The notes: generated from the letters alone by a model not told the origin. A stretch of 64,000 nucleotides of DNA from an uncultured Candidatus Rokubacteria bacterium (GCA_963762145.1 CAVXJS010000015.1:128001-192000), one strand, 5' to 3'. Positions 51,500 through 63,038 are shown, counted from the first letter of the stretch. Numbers and translations: made by a program.

Positions 51500-52588
51500 A
51501 TGCGATATCGATCGCTCAGGACGTTCACCGCCCTCGCCGTCGCCCTGGTCGGTGCGGCCTACCTAGGGTCCGCTTTGACCGCCCCGCCCGCCGAGGCCCA
51601 GCGCAAGGTACAGTGGAAGATGCCGAGCGCCTTCGGCAGCAAGCTGCCTCACCTCGGCACGTCCGCCACCCGCTTCGCCGACAACGTCAAGGTCATGTCG
51701 GGCGGCTCCCTCGAGCTGAAGTTCTTCGAGCCCGGCGCGCTGGTCCCCGCGCTCGAGTGCTTCGACGCGGTCTCCAAGGGCTCGGTGGAGTCGTGCTGGA
51801 CGACCCCCGGCTACCACACCGGCAAGTATCCCGCCCTCGCGTTCTTCACCACCGTGCCGTTCGGCCCCCAGATCGGCGAGTTCCTCGCCTGGAAGTGGTT
51901 CGGGGGCGGTAACGAGCTCCGCAACGAGATCTACGCCAAGCACAACCTGATCGCGCTCGACTGCTTCGCGATCGGGCCCGAGACGTCCGGGTGGTTCCGC
52001 AAGGAAGTCAAGAACGTGGCCGAGATGAAGGGCATCAAGATGCGCTTCTTCGGCCTCGGCGCCCAGGTGATGCAGAAGCTGGGCGTCAACACCCAGCTCA
52101 TGGCCGCCGCCGACATCTACCCCGCGCTGGAGCGGGGCGTCATCGACGCGACCGAATTCTCGATGCCGACGATGGACCTGGCGCTGGGCTTCCACCAGAT
52201 CGCCAAGAACAACTACTACCCGGGCTGGCACCAGCAGGTCTCGGTGAGCGAGCTGTTGATGAACAAGACGGAGTGGGACAAGCTCTCCGAGCAGCACAAG
52301 CGCATCATCCAGGTCGCGCTGAACGACGCGGTGATCCACACCTACGTCGAGACCGAAGCGAAGAATCCGCCGGTGATGCAGGAGATGAAGGACAAGCACA
52401 AGGTCATCAACCGCCGCTGGTCCGACGAGGACCTGGGCACGTTCGAGAAGGCGTGGCTCGAGGTGCTGGCCGAGGAGAGCGCCAAGGACCCCCTGTTCAA
52501 GAAGGTCGCCGACCATTTCCTCAACTGGCGGAAGACATACAAGATCTGGGGCGACGCCCAGGAATTGAAGAGCAGCTACATCAAGTAG
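51500..52588 (+). CDS. dctP: TRAP transporter substrate-binding protein
   Basis: Signal peptide; WKMPSAF, PGALVPA, GWFRKE, KMRFFG, ALERGVIDATEF, YYPGWH. Confidence 0.92.
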   Translation: MRYRSLRTFTALAVALVGAAYLGSALTAPPAEAQRKVQWKMPSAFGSKLPHLGTSATRFADNVKVMSGGSLELKFFEPGALVPALECFDAVSKGSVESCWTTPGYHTGKYPALAFFTTVPFGPQIGEFLAWKWFGGGNELRNEIYAKHNLIALDCFAIGPETSGWFRKEVKNVAEMKGIKMRFFGLGAQVMQKLGVNTQLMAAADIYPALERGVIDATEFSMPTMDLALGFHQIAKNNYYPGWHQQVSVSELLMNKTEWDKLSEQHKRIIQVALNDAVIHTYVETEAKNPPVMQEMKDKHKVINRRWSDEDLGTFEKAWLEVLAEESAKDPLFKKVADHFLNWRKTYKIWGDAQELKSSYIK

Positions 52589-52595
52589 CGCGCAC

Positions 52596-52628
52596 GGAGC
52601 GCGTGGGGGGCCGTCCGGCCCCCCACGC
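52596..52628. terminator. GC-rich hairpin (REP-like or bidirectional terminator) between convergent dctP and dctM
   Basis: GGAG followed by a GCGTG-G-run-CC/GTCC loop/GG-C-run-ACGC stem. Confidence 0.55.
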
Positions 52629-52630
52629 TT

Positions 52631-54028
52631 CTACTCAAGGAACCCGGCGAGCTTCGGCAGCCACAGCACGATGCTGGGAAAGTAGATGCAGAGCAGCAGC
52701 CCGACGACCTGCAGCGCCACGAAGGGATACATGCCCTTGTAGACATCGCTCATGGTCACGCCGGGCGGCGCGGTGCCCTTCATGTAGAACAGGGTGGCTC
52801 CGAAGGGCGGGGTCATGAACGCGGTCTGCAGATTGACCGCGACGAGCGTGCCGAACCAGGCCATCAGGTACTGGTTGCTGCCCAGGTGAGCGGAAAAATC
52901 GTACTTCGCGATGATCGGTCCGAACACCGGCAAAACGATCAGGCAGATCTCGATCCACTCGAAAGGAAACCCCAGGAGGAAGACGAGGACCATCACGAAG
53001 GCGAGCACCTCCCACCCGGTGTCGATCCCGAACGAGCCCAGCATCCCGATCATCAGCTCATCGCCACCCAACACCCGGAACACGTAGGAGAAGCCGGTCG
53101 CGCCCAGGAAGATCATGAAGACCAGGCCGTTGTTCTTGCAGCACGACCACAGGGCCTCGTTCATCATCTGGAGCGTCAGGCGCCGGTTCAGCGCCGCGAT
53201 GAGGAGGGAGCCGAACACCCCGACCGCCCCGCTCTCGGTCGGCGTGGCCCAGCCCGCGAAGATCGAGCCGATCACGATCACCATCAACGCGGTCATCGGG
53301 AACAGCCCCCGCCAGACCGCGGTCCAGAACTCGCCTCGGGTCTGGGGCCCGTACTCGGGCGGGAGCTTGGGCGCCTTCCGGGGCTGGAAAATCGCGACCG
53401 CGATGATGTAGAGCAGGTACAGCCCGGAGAGCACGAACCCCGGCATCGTGGCGGCGAGGAATAGGGCGCCCGCCGAGGTCACCAGCATCTCCGCCATCAC
53501 CACCAGCATGATCGCGGGCGGGATGAGGATCCCGAGGGTGCCGGCGGAGGCGATCGTCCCGATGGCCAGGCGCTTGTCGTAGCCGGAGGACAGCATCTGG
53601 GGCAGCGCGATGACCGAAAGGGTGACCACCGCCGCGCCCACCACCCCGATCGGCGCGGCCAGAATGGTGCCCATCACCATGACCGCGACCGCGAGGGCGC
53701 CCGGGACCCGTTTCAACAGCACCTCGGTGGCCTTCAGCATGTCCATCGCCGAGCCGGAGCGCTCGAGGACCGACCCCATGAAGATGAACATCGGGATCGA
53801 CGCCAGCACCGGGTCGGCGGCGACGCCACCCCACATGCGGAGCACCACGTCGTAGAGGCCGATCAGGTTGAACACCCCGAGCGCCCAGCCCGCGAGGGCG
53901 AACAGGAGCGCCATTCCGCCCATGATGAACGCGACCGGATAGCCCATGAAGATGACGAAGAACATCGCCACGAACATGATCAGGGCGAGGTGATCGGCGA
54001 TCCAGTCGAGCACGATGGAGATCTCCAC
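52631..54028 (-). CDS. dctM: TRAP transporter large permease
   Basis: GYPVAF, IPMFIFMG, GTLGILIPP, ATPTESGAVG, NLQTAFMTPPFG. Confidence 0.93.
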   Translation of the reverse strand: MEISIVLDWIADHLALIMFVAMFFVIFMGYPVAFIMGGMALLFALAGWALGVFNLIGLYDVVLRMWGGVAADPVLASIPMFIFMGSVLERSGSAMDMLKATEVLLKRVPGALAVAVMVMGTILAAPIGVVGAAVVTLSVIALPQMLSSGYDKRLAIGTIASAGTLGILIPPAIMLVVMAEMLVTSAGALFLAATMPGFVLSGLYLLYIIAVAIFQPRKAPKLPPEYGPQTRGEFWTAVWRGLFPMTALMVIVIGSIFAGWATPTESGAVGVFGSLLIAALNRRLTLQMMNEALWSCCKNNGLVFMIFLGATGFSYVFRVLGGDELMIGMLGSFGIDTGWEVLAFVMVLVFLLGFPFEWIEICLIVLPVFGPIIAKYDFSAHLGSNQYLMAWFGTLVAVNLQTAFMTPPFGATLFYMKGTAPPGVTMSDVYKGMYPFVALQVVGLLLCIYFPSIVLWLPKLAGFLE

Positions 54029-54032
54029 GGGG

Positions 54033-54593
54033 CTAGATTTCCAGCTCGGTGTGACCGATCTGCAGGTTGACCTCGTCCTCCGGCAGTCCCCCGAACAGGA
54101 AGACGATCACCCGGGCCAGGACGCTCAGGATGCCGAGCACCACCATCCAGAGCCCGGCCGCGTAGATGCCCTTGATGAGCCACCGGTAGCGGAGTCCGAC
54201 CGTACTGTCCGACTGCTCGGCGAGCGCGTAGGACGACGCGACGAAGTCCAGGCTGTGGTAGGCGACGAGCGCGCAGTACGGCAGCGCGAAGACCAGGCAG
54301 CCGACCAGCTCGATCCAGGCCTTGCGCCGGAACGTCAGCTTCTCGGTGAAGGAGTCGACCCGGGGATGCGCGTTGACCGTGTAGCCGTAGCCCATCCAGA
54401 GCGAGAAGAGGGCGGCGTGGAAATGCCACTCGAGCTCCTGGAGCTTGGTGAGGGGAACCGGGAGGCCGGTCTTGCGGGCGATGACGTCGAAGCACGTCAC
54501 CGCGGCCATGACCACGAGCAGCCACGCGGACGCCCGCGCGACCGACTCGAGCATCCGTCGCGTACCTTCAGAAAACTTGAGGAGAGCGGACAC
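54033..54593 (-). CDS. dctQ: TRAP transporter small permease
   Basis: Four hydrophobic segments; ELEWH and HPRVD motifs; directly upstream of dctM. Confidence 0.88.
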   Translation of the reverse strand: MSALLKFSEGTRRMLESVARASAWLLVVMAAVTCFDVIARKTGLPVPLTKLQELEWHFHAALFSLWMGYGYTVNAHPRVDSFTEKLTFRRKAWIELVGCLVFALPYCALVAYHSLDFVASSYALAEQSDSTVGLRYRWLIKGIYAAGLWMVVLGILSVLARVIVFLFGGLPEDEVNLQIGHTELEI

Positions 54594-54727
54594 GACACCA
54601 CTCCTTACTCCGCGGCGGGGCGAGCAGAGGGCGAGTGTCCGACGTGAAGCTCCCCGGTGCCGCGGGGCATGACGTTTTTACCCCGCCGGGGGCCTCGCGA
54701 AGCACGAGGGGGCCAGCGAGCGCGACC

Positions 54728-54928
54728 ACGCTAGGGTCGAACCGGAACGCTGTCAAGGACTATCTGTCATTGACAAGTGATCTGGCCGCTCGCGTTTGAC
54801 ACGTGATCTGACCGCTTTCGGCCCCCTGTGGAGCGGTCAGATCACGTGCTCTCGGGAGCAGTCAGATCATGTGCTCCCGACACCCGCTGTCAAGGACTCT
54901 TGACAGCGGGTGGTCACGCCCTTAAAAT
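54728..54928. promoter_or_regulatory. Divergent promoter region with a repeated operator-like array
   Basis: Minus strand TTGACA-N17-TAGCGT (54756-54728); plus strand TTGACA-N17-TAAAAT (54900-54928); four GTGATCTGACCGCT-like boxes and a perfect 14-bp inverted repeat (54881-54912). Confidence 0.75.
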
Positions 54929-54997
54929 CCCGCAACTCGTCCCGTCCCGTTCCTTCGATTCGGATTTGGCCCGCTCCTCACACAAGGAGGTGCCCCG

Positions 54998-56140
54998 ATG
55001 AAAAGGTCCCTTGGAGTTTTCCTGGCCGGCATCGTCGCCGGCCTCCTCGTTGCGGTGGTCGTCCTCGGTGGGTTCTTCGCCGGTCGGGGCGCGCCACCTC
55101 CCGCCAGCGCCCAGACTCCGATCCGCTGGAAGATGCAGACCGCTTGGCCGCTGGGCGTGTTCCCCGACGATGCGGCCAAGCTGCTGGTGGCCACGATCGA
55201 CAAGACCTCCGGCGGCCGGCTCAAGATCGACGTGTCGCCGGCGGGCGCCGTCGTCCCGCCCTTCGAGATCCAGGACGCGGTGAGCCGCGGCGTCCTGGAC
55301 GCCGGGCACACCACCCCCGGGTACATCATCGGCAAGCTGCCCGCCTTCATCCCCCTGACCCACGGGCCCCTCTTCGGCATGGACTTCATCGACTACTACG
55401 GCTGGTACTGGGAAGGCGGCGGGCACGAGCTGCTCCAGGAAGCCTACCAGCAGAAGCTGAAGATGAACGTGGTCAGCTTCCAGGTCCATCCGGAAGGTCC
55501 CCAGGCGATGGGATGGTTCAAGAAGGAGATCCGAACCTTCAACGACATCAAGGGGCAGCGGTACCGCATCTTCGGGATCGGCGCCGAGACCTACAGCAAG
55601 CTCGGCATCGCCACCGTGACGCTCCCGGGCGGCGAGATCGTCCCGGCCCTCGAGCGGGGCGCGATCGACGGCGCGGAGTGGGTCAACTGCTCCGACGACA
55701 AGATCCTGGGCATCGACAAGATCGCCAAGTTCCACTACGCCCCGGGGATGCACGAGCCGGTCACGGTCGGCGAGTTCATCATCAACAAGGCGAAGTATGA
55801 CGCGCTGCCCGCCGACCTGAAGGAGATCGTCAAGGTCTCCGTCCAGGCCTCCTACTGGAATCACTTCGTCCGCTTCCAGGAGAAGACGGCCAAGGCCTGT
55901 GTGGACATGCTCGCTTCGGGCGTCAAGATCATCAAGACGAGCGACGAGCTGAACCGAAGCTTCCTGAAGGCGTACGACGACATCCAGGCGGCGAACGCGG
56001 CCAAGGACGACTTCTACCGGAAGGTCATCGACTCGCAGAAGAAGTACTCCGCCCTGGTGGTGCCCTACCGGATGTCGTACTGGCCGAACTACAACTTCAT
56101 CGGAGAGCACTACTACAAGGACAAGATCTGGCTGAAATAG
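54998..56140 (+). CDS. dctP: TRAP transporter substrate-binding protein
   Basis: AAGGAGG RBS; WKMQTAW, SGGRLKID, GWFKKEI, ALERGAIDGAEW. Confidence 0.92.
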   Translation: MKRSLGVFLAGIVAGLLVAVVVLGGFFAGRGAPPPASAQTPIRWKMQTAWPLGVFPDDAAKLLVATIDKTSGGRLKIDVSPAGAVVPPFEIQDAVSRGVLDAGHTTPGYIIGKLPAFIPLTHGPLFGMDFIDYYGWYWEGGGHELLQEAYQQKLKMNVVSFQVHPEGPQAMGWFKKEIRTFNDIKGQRYRIFGIGAETYSKLGIATVTLPGGEIVPALERGAIDGAEWVNCSDDKILGIDKIAKFHYAPGMHEPVTVGEFIINKAKYDALPADLKEIVKVSVQASYWNHFVRFQEKTAKACVDMLASGVKIIKTSDELNRSFLKAYDDIQAANAAKDDFYRKVIDSQKKYSALVVPYRMSYWPNYNFIGEHYYKDKIWLK

Positions 56141-56277
56141 CCCGTTGGTGAGGCGGGACCCCGGACGGCGGAGCGGCGCCAACCCGCCGTCCGGGCCTTC
56201 GACAAAGCGCTCCGCCGACCCACGGATTCACTTTCCCTGAGCTCGGCTCTAATGTCCGCGAACCGAAGGGAGGGGCC

Positions 56278-56862
56278 GTGGCGACGGCTGCGCCGGTAGA
56301 ACCCGAGCATCGTGACGCGAGTCCGGCCTACCGGACTACGATCGAGCTGATCGACCGCTTCGCAAGCTACGTCGGCCGCATCACCGCGTGGCTCATCATC
56401 CCGATGACTATCGCGGTCACCTGGGAGGTGGTCGCCCGCCACTTCTTCCGCGCCCCCACCATCTGGGCCTTCGACGTGATCTACATGATGTACGGCACCC
56501 ACTTCATGCTGGGAACCGCCTACACCCTCATGCGCATCGGCCACGTGCGCACCGACATGCTCTATTCGCGCTGGTCCATCCGCCGCCAGAACCGGATCGA
56601 CGCGATCGGCTACTTCTTCTTCTTCTTTCCGGCCATGATCTTTCTGTTCTACTTCGGCTGGCAGGAGGCCTATCACGCGTTCCAGATCGGGGAGACCTCG
56701 GACGCGAGCCCGTGGCGGCCGATCGTCTGGCCGTTCAAGTTCGTCATCCCGTTCACCGCGCTGTTCATGCTCATCCAGGGCGTCGCGGAGCTCATGAAGA
56801 GCCTGTACGCCATCCGGACCGGCCGCGAGTGGGTCCATCGTGAACACTTGGAGATCGGATGA
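56278..56862 (+). CDS. dctQ: TRAP transporter small permease
   Basis: EVVARHFF.APTIWAFD, AYTL...GHVRTD, WPFK. Confidence 0.9.
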   Translation: MATAAPVEPEHRDASPAYRTTIELIDRFASYVGRITAWLIIPMTIAVTWEVVARHFFRAPTIWAFDVIYMMYGTHFMLGTAYTLMRIGHVRTDMLYSRWSIRRQNRIDAIGYFFFFFPAMIFLFYFGWQEAYHAFQIGETSDASPWRPIVWPFKFVIPFTALFMLIQGVAELMKSLYAIRTGREWVHREHLEIG

Positions 56863-58178
56863 GCCCCGAGCTGCTCGGCGCGTTTATGCTGGTGTTGATG
56901 CTGGGGGCCATCTTCATCGGCTTCCCGATCTCGTTCACCTTGCTGCTCCTCGCCCTGATCTTCGGCTGGGCCGGCCTCGGCGACCGGGCCTTCTACATCA
57001 TGGTCTTCCAGACCATCGGCCTCATGAAAGAAGAGGTGCTGGCCGCGGTCCCGCTCTTCATCTTCATGGGCTACCTCATGGAGCAGGGCGGGCTCATGGA
57101 TCGTCTGTTCAAGGGTTTTCAGCTCATGATGGGGCCGGTGCCCGGCTCGCTGTACGTGGGCGTGCTCATCACCGCCACCATCTTCGGGATCGCCGCGGGG
57201 ACGGTGGGCGCGACGGTGGTCCTGATGGGCATCATGGCGGTGCCAATCATGACGAAGGCCGGGTACAACATCCCGATGTCGGCGGGGGCCATCACCGCCG
57301 GCGGCACCCTCGGCATCCTCGTTCCCCCCAGCGTCATGCTGGTCGTGATGGGCCCGGTGATGGGGGTCTCGGTCGCCGAGCTCTATGCCTCGTGCTTCGG
57401 CCCCGGGTTCCTCCTGGCGGCAATCTTCATCATCTACTGTCTCGTCCGGAGCATTATCAACCCGAAGCTCGGGCCGCCCCTCCCGGTCGAGGAGCGAACC
57501 GGGAGCATCACGCAGATCGCCATCGAGCTGACGCTGGGAATGGTGCCGCACGCCATCCTCATCATCGCGACCCTCGGGACGATCGTCTGGGGCTGGGCGA
57601 CACCCACCGAAGCCGCCGCGATGGGCGTCGTGGGCGCCGCATTCCTCGCGGTGATCTACGGGCAGTTCACGTGGCTGCGGCTCAGGGACGCCGTGTACAA
57701 CACGCTGCTCCAGTCCAGTACCGTCATCTTCCTCGCGGTCTGCGGCAACGTCTTCGGGGCGGTGTTCTCGAGGCTGGGCACCGCTACGATGGCCACCGAC
57801 GCACTCCTCGCGTGGCAGATCCCGCCGGTGGCGATGTTGACCCTGATCATGGTGGTCATCTTCCTGCTCGGCTGGCCCTTCGAGTGGCCGGCCATCATCC
57901 TGGTCTTTGTCCCTCTCATGCAGCCGGTCATCGTGGCGATGAAGATCGACATGCTGTGGTTCGCCACCCTCATCGCGATCAATCTGCAGACCGCTTTCCT
58001 CTCGCCACCGGTGGCCATGTCCGCGTATTACCTCAAGGGGGTGGCGCCCCAGTGGTCGCTCGGGGACATCTACCGGGGCATGGGGCAGTTCATGGTCCTC
58101 CAGCTCATCGGACTGGCCCTCTGCATCATCTTCCCCGAGATCTCCCTCTGGCTTCCGCGCTACCTGTTCGGCAAGTAA
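56859..58178 (+). CDS. dctM: TRAP transporter large permease
   Basis: GFPISF, AVPLFIFMG, GTLGILVPPS, ATPTEAAA, NLQTAFLSPP. Confidence 0.93.
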   Translation: MSPELLGAFMLVLMLGAIFIGFPISFTLLLLALIFGWAGLGDRAFYIMVFQTIGLMKEEVLAAVPLFIFMGYLMEQGGLMDRLFKGFQLMMGPVPGSLYVGVLITATIFGIAAGTVGATVVLMGIMAVPIMTKAGYNIPMSAGAITAGGTLGILVPPSVMLVVMGPVMGVSVAELYASCFGPGFLLAAIFIIYCLVRSIINPKLGPPLPVEERTGSITQIAIELTLGMVPHAILIIATLGTIVWGWATPTEAAAMGVVGAAFLAVIYGQFTWLRLRDAVYNTLLQSSTVIFLAVCGNVFGAVFSRLGTATMATDALLAWQIPPVAMLTLIMVVIFLLGWPFEWPAIILVFVPLMQPVIVAMKIDMLWFATLIAINLQTAFLSPPVAMSAYYLKGVAPQWSLGDIYRGMGQFMVLQLIGLALCIIFPEISLWLPRYLFGK

Positions 58179-58211
58179 CGCCCAAGTAATCCCAATAACG
58201 GAGGACGTGCC

Positions 58212-59339
58212 ATGAAACCCCGCAAGCTCATCGTCGCCTGGATCGCCTTTGCGCTGCCGGTGCTGATCCTCGCCGCGGTCCTCTGGCGCGGCCCCGGAGA
58301 CGCCGGGGCACAGCAGAAGATCGTCTGGAAGGTGCAGAGCACGTGGCCGGCCAACAACCTCCTGCACATCTCCGCCCTCGAGCTGGCCAAGATGGTGGAG
58401 GAGATGTCGGGCGGCCGCCTCAAGTGGGAGATGTCGGCAGCGGGCACCACGGTGCCCGCCTTCGAGGTGCTCGATGCGGTCAACCGCGGGATCATTGACG
58501 CCTCCCATGCCTGGCCGGGCTACTGGGCGGGCAAGAACTCCGCGGCCGGCCTGTTCGCGCCCGGCCCCGGCGGGCCCTTCGGCATGGACCGCGAGGAGTA
58601 CCTCGGCTGGCTCTTCGCGGGCGGCGGGCTCGAGCTCTACAACGAGATGCTGCAGAAAGAGCTGAAGATGAACGTGGTGGTGCCGGTCTTCACCACCAGC
58701 CTGCCCTACTGGGAGCCGCTCGGCTGGTTCAAGAAGCCGTTCAACAGCCTCGACGACCTGCGCAAGATGCGGTTCCGCACCTCCGGCCTGGGCATGGAGA
58801 TGATGAAGGGCATGGGCGTCTCGGTGGTGACGCTCGCCGGCGGCGAGGTCATCCCCGCGCTCGAGCGAGGCGCCATCGAGGGCGCGGAGTGGGCCGTCCC
58901 GAGCCACGACATCCTCATGGGGTTCCAGAACGTGGCCAAGAACTACTACATGCCGGACCTGCGCCAGCCCGCCTCCTATCAGGAAGTGCTGATCAACAAG
59001 GCCAAGTGGGACGCGCTGCCGAAGGACCTCCAGGCGATCGTGAAGTGGGCCGGCATGGCCGAGATCATCCGCATGACCGCCTACAGCGTGGACCAGGACA
59101 GCAAGGCGGTGGAGGAGCTCGAGAAGAAGCATGGCGTCAAGATCCTCAAGACGCCGGACGACGTCCTCAAGGCCCAGCTCCCCGCCATCGACAAGGTGTA
59201 CGAGGCCGAGGCGCAGAAGAACCCCTTCTTCGCCAAGGTCCTCAAGTCCCAGAAGGACTTCGCCTCCCGGGCGGTGCCCCACGCCCAGAAGATCCGGCCG
59301 CCCATCGAGGTGGTCGTGGCCCACTACTGGAAGAAGTAG
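58212..59339 (+). CDS. dctP: TRAP transporter substrate-binding protein
   Basis: WKVQSTW, MSGGRLK, GWFKKP, GGEVIPALERGAIEGAEW. Confidence 0.92.
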   Translation: MKPRKLIVAWIAFALPVLILAAVLWRGPGDAGAQQKIVWKVQSTWPANNLLHISALELAKMVEEMSGGRLKWEMSAAGTTVPAFEVLDAVNRGIIDASHAWPGYWAGKNSAAGLFAPGPGGPFGMDREEYLGWLFAGGGLELYNEMLQKELKMNVVVPVFTTSLPYWEPLGWFKKPFNSLDDLRKMRFRTSGLGMEMMKGMGVSVVTLAGGEVIPALERGAIEGAEWAVPSHDILMGFQNVAKNYYMPDLRQPASYQEVLINKAKWDALPKDLQAIVKWAGMAEIIRMTAYSVDQDSKAVEELEKKHGVKILKTPDDVLKAQLPAIDKVYEAEAQKNPFFAKVLKSQKDFASRAVPHAQKIRPPIEVVVAHYWKK

Positions 59340-59508
59340 ACCCCGTCGCCTCACCCTCCGGGCCCTCCCGCCGACGGCCGGCCCCGCCGGCGGGAGGGCT
59401 CCCACCCTGCCCCCGGTGAGCCGCAACTGCCCGCCAAGCTGTGCTAGTATCGGCGCCCAGAGCCCGGAGCACCCGACTTCGGGGAACCTATTTGAGGGAG
59501 AGCGCCCA

Positions 59509-60602
<1,094 letters not shown>

Positions 60603-60603
<1 letters not shown>

Positions 60604-60648
60604 GGAACGCGGCGGGGGAGGCGGTGACCCGCCCCCCGCCGCGTTCCC
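60603..60648 (+). terminator. Long GC-rich hairpin after the ATPase gene
   Basis: GGGAACGCGGCGGGGG...CCCCCGCCGCGTTCCC inverted repeat; no U-tract. Confidence 0.5.
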
Positions 60649-60782
60649 ACGGGGCTTGACAACGGTCGGGCCACCGGCTAGAAGTGGGCCGTCCTAGCCT
60701 GCTCAACGTTGAGGAGGTGAGAACAAAAGCGCCAGGGTTCTCCATATGGTCCGAGACCTCCCGACTCCGACGGAGGCTATTC

Positions 60783-62096
60783 ATGGATCAGACGGCTCCC
60801 CGTAAGATGCAACGGCGTCAGTTCCTTCGCATCGCCTCCGGCACCACGGCCGGAATGGCCTCTTGGCTCGCCCTCGGCAAGGCACCCGCCTTCGCCCAGA
60901 AGCGCGAGCTGACCTTCCTCTCCTGGAACCACTTCGTGCCCGCGTCCGACGACGAGCTCCGCAAGCAGGCGGAAGCCTTCGGCAAGGCCAACAACTGCAC
61001 GGTGCGGGTGGACACCATGGCGCACCTGCAGATGCCCTCCAAGATCGCCGCCGAGGCCCAGTCACAGTCGGGCCACGACATGTACCGGACCGCGAGCGCC
61101 GACCCGTTCCTCTACGAGAACCTCCTCGTCACGATGGACGATCTGGTCGCCAAGGTCGGCAAGCAGGGCGGTGGCTGGTACAACTTCGCGGCGGAGAGCT
61201 GTCAGACCAAGTCCGGCTGGAAAGCCGTCCCGTGGTTCTGGGTCTCGTTCCCCGGCACCTACAACATGGCCCACTTCAAGAAGGCGGGCTTCGAGCAACC
61301 TCCGAAGACCTGGGACGAGCTGCTGAAGATGGGCAAGGTGCTCAAGAAACAGGGTAACCCGGTGGGCATTCCCATCAGCCACTGCTCGGACGCGCACTCG
61401 ACGTACTGGTCGGTGGCGTGGTCGCAGGGCGCCAAGGTGCTCGAGGCCGACGGCAAGACACCGGCCATCGTCTCCGAGAAGACGGCGGCTGTCATCGAAT
61501 GGTACAAGGAGCTCTATCGGGACGCGATGGAGCCCGAGGTCCTGTCCTGGGACGACGCGGGTAACAACCGCTTCATCCTCTCCGGCAAGGGCTCCTGGAT
61601 CCACAACCCGGTGAGCCCGTACAATGCCGCGCTCGCCAACAAGCAGCCCATCGCCGACGACATCAACCACCACAATAGCCCCGGGGGACCGGCGGGCATC
61701 CACTCGGCACCGCCAAACCTGAGCATCGGCATCTGGAAGTTCTCGAAGAACCAGGAACTGGCCAAGGAGTTCATCACCTACCTGTTCCAGAAGCAGAACT
61801 TCGACGCATGGATCGTCGCGTCGAACGCCTTCAACCATCCGCCGCTCAAGAACCTCGCCGACCATCCGATCTGGGCGCGGAACCCGAAGTTCGCCATGCT
61901 GCCCAAGGAGGCCGAGTACGCGCACCCACGCGGCTGGCCGGCCAAGCCGAGCGAAGCGGTTCAGCGCATCGACGACAACTACATCATGACCGACATGGTG
62001 GCCAAGGCGGTCAACGGCATGCCGACCAAGCGCGCCATGGACTGGGCCCAGGAGCAGATCGCGCTCGCGGTCAAGGGACAGTTGAAGGTCGGCTAG
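60783..62096 (+). CDS. CUT1 ABC substrate-binding protein with Tat signal
   Basis: GGAGG RBS; QRRQFLR; WNHFVPA, QSGHD, WDDAGNNRF. Confidence 0.92.
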   Translation: MDQTAPRKMQRRQFLRIASGTTAGMASWLALGKAPAFAQKRELTFLSWNHFVPASDDELRKQAEAFGKANNCTVRVDTMAHLQMPSKIAAEAQSQSGHDMYRTASADPFLYENLLVTMDDLVAKVGKQGGGWYNFAAESCQTKSGWKAVPWFWVSFPGTYNMAHFKKAGFEQPPKTWDELLKMGKVLKKQGNPVGIPISHCSDAHSTYWSVAWSQGAKVLEADGKTPAIVSEKTAAVIEWYKELYRDAMEPEVLSWDDAGNNRFILSGKGSWIHNPVSPYNAALANKQPIADDINHHNSPGGPAGIHSAPPNLSIGIWKFSKNQELAKEFITYLFQKQNFDAWIVASNAFNHPPLKNLADHPIWARNPKFAMLPKEAEYAHPRGWPAKPSEAVQRIDDNYIMTDMVAKAVNGMPTKRAMDWAQEQIALAVKGQLKVG

Positions 62097-62097
62097 G

Positions 62098-63036
62098 ATG
62101 GCCGTCGGACCACGCGTTCTGGAGGCGGCCGGGCTCCCGGGGCCCGGCCGCCACTCACGGCTTCGCGAGTGGTGGGAGCAGGAGCACGTCTTCGGTTACA
62201 GCCTCATCGTGCCGGCCCTGGTGCTGCTCGTCGCGCTGGTCGCCTTCCCCTTCGGGATGGCGATCTACTTCAGCCTCTCCGATTACTGGGTCGGATCACC
62301 CGGCGCCTTCGTGGGCCTGTCGAACTACCGCGACATCCTCGGCAACGAGACGTTCCGCCAGACGGTGCAAAACTCCTTCGTGTTCACCGGCATCGCGCTC
62401 ACCCTCAAGGTCGTGCTCGGGGTCTGGCTCGCGATGCTCCTGTCCCGGAATCTGAAGTTCAAGCGCATCATCCGCGGCGTCGTCCTCCTGCCCTTCGTCA
62501 TCCCGACGGCGCTGTCGACCCTGGCATGGCTCTGGATGTTCGATTCGCTCTACAGTGTCGTCAACTGGACTGCCATCCACCTGCACCTGATCAACGCGCC
62601 GGGGCCCAACTGGCTCGGCCAGTCCGCGTACGCCATGACCGCAGTCATCGCCGTCAATGTCTGGCGTGGCCTGCCCTTCTTCGCCATCACCGTTCTGGCG
62701 GGGTTGATGGCGGTGCCCAAGGAGTTCCACGAAGCCGCCGAGGTAGACGGGGCCAGCTCGTGGGGGCGCTTCTGGCACGTGACCCTCCCCCTGATCAAGC
62801 CGGTGCTTGCGGTGGTCATCCTCTTCTCGACGATCTTCACCTTCGCCGACTTCAACATCGTCCAGGTGTTGACCCGCGGAGGCCCGATCAACACGACCCA
62901 CCTCTTCGCCACCCTCGCATACCAGGTCGGCCTCCAGGGCGGAAACCTCGGCCAGGGCGCGGCGATCTCCCTCTTCCTCTTCCCCCTCCTGGCGCTGGTG
63001 GTGTTCCTCCAACTCCACTACGTCAGGAAGGACTAG
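62098..63036 (+). CDS. CUT1 ABC permease (MalF-like)
   Basis: FVGLSNY, WLWMFD, NVWRGLPF, EAAEVDGA. Confidence 0.93.
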   Translation: MAVGPRVLEAAGLPGPGRHSRLREWWEQEHVFGYSLIVPALVLLVALVAFPFGMAIYFSLSDYWVGSPGAFVGLSNYRDILGNETFRQTVQNSFVFTGIALTLKVVLGVWLAMLLSRNLKFKRIIRGVVLLPFVIPTALSTLAWLWMFDSLYSVVNWTAIHLHLINAPGPNWLGQSAYAMTAVIAVNVWRGLPFFAITVLAGLMAVPKEFHEAAEVDGASSWGRFWHVTLPLIKPVLAVVILFSTIFTFADFNIVQVLTRGGPINTTHLFATLAYQVGLQGGNLGQGAAISLFLFPLLALVVFLQLHYVRKD

Positions 63037-63038
63037 CC

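Noticed and set aside
54770-54880. Mini-CRISPR array (also considered for 38901-38942)
   Set aside because: Repeats are only 14-16 bp, partly inverted, spacers are too short, and there are no cas genes.
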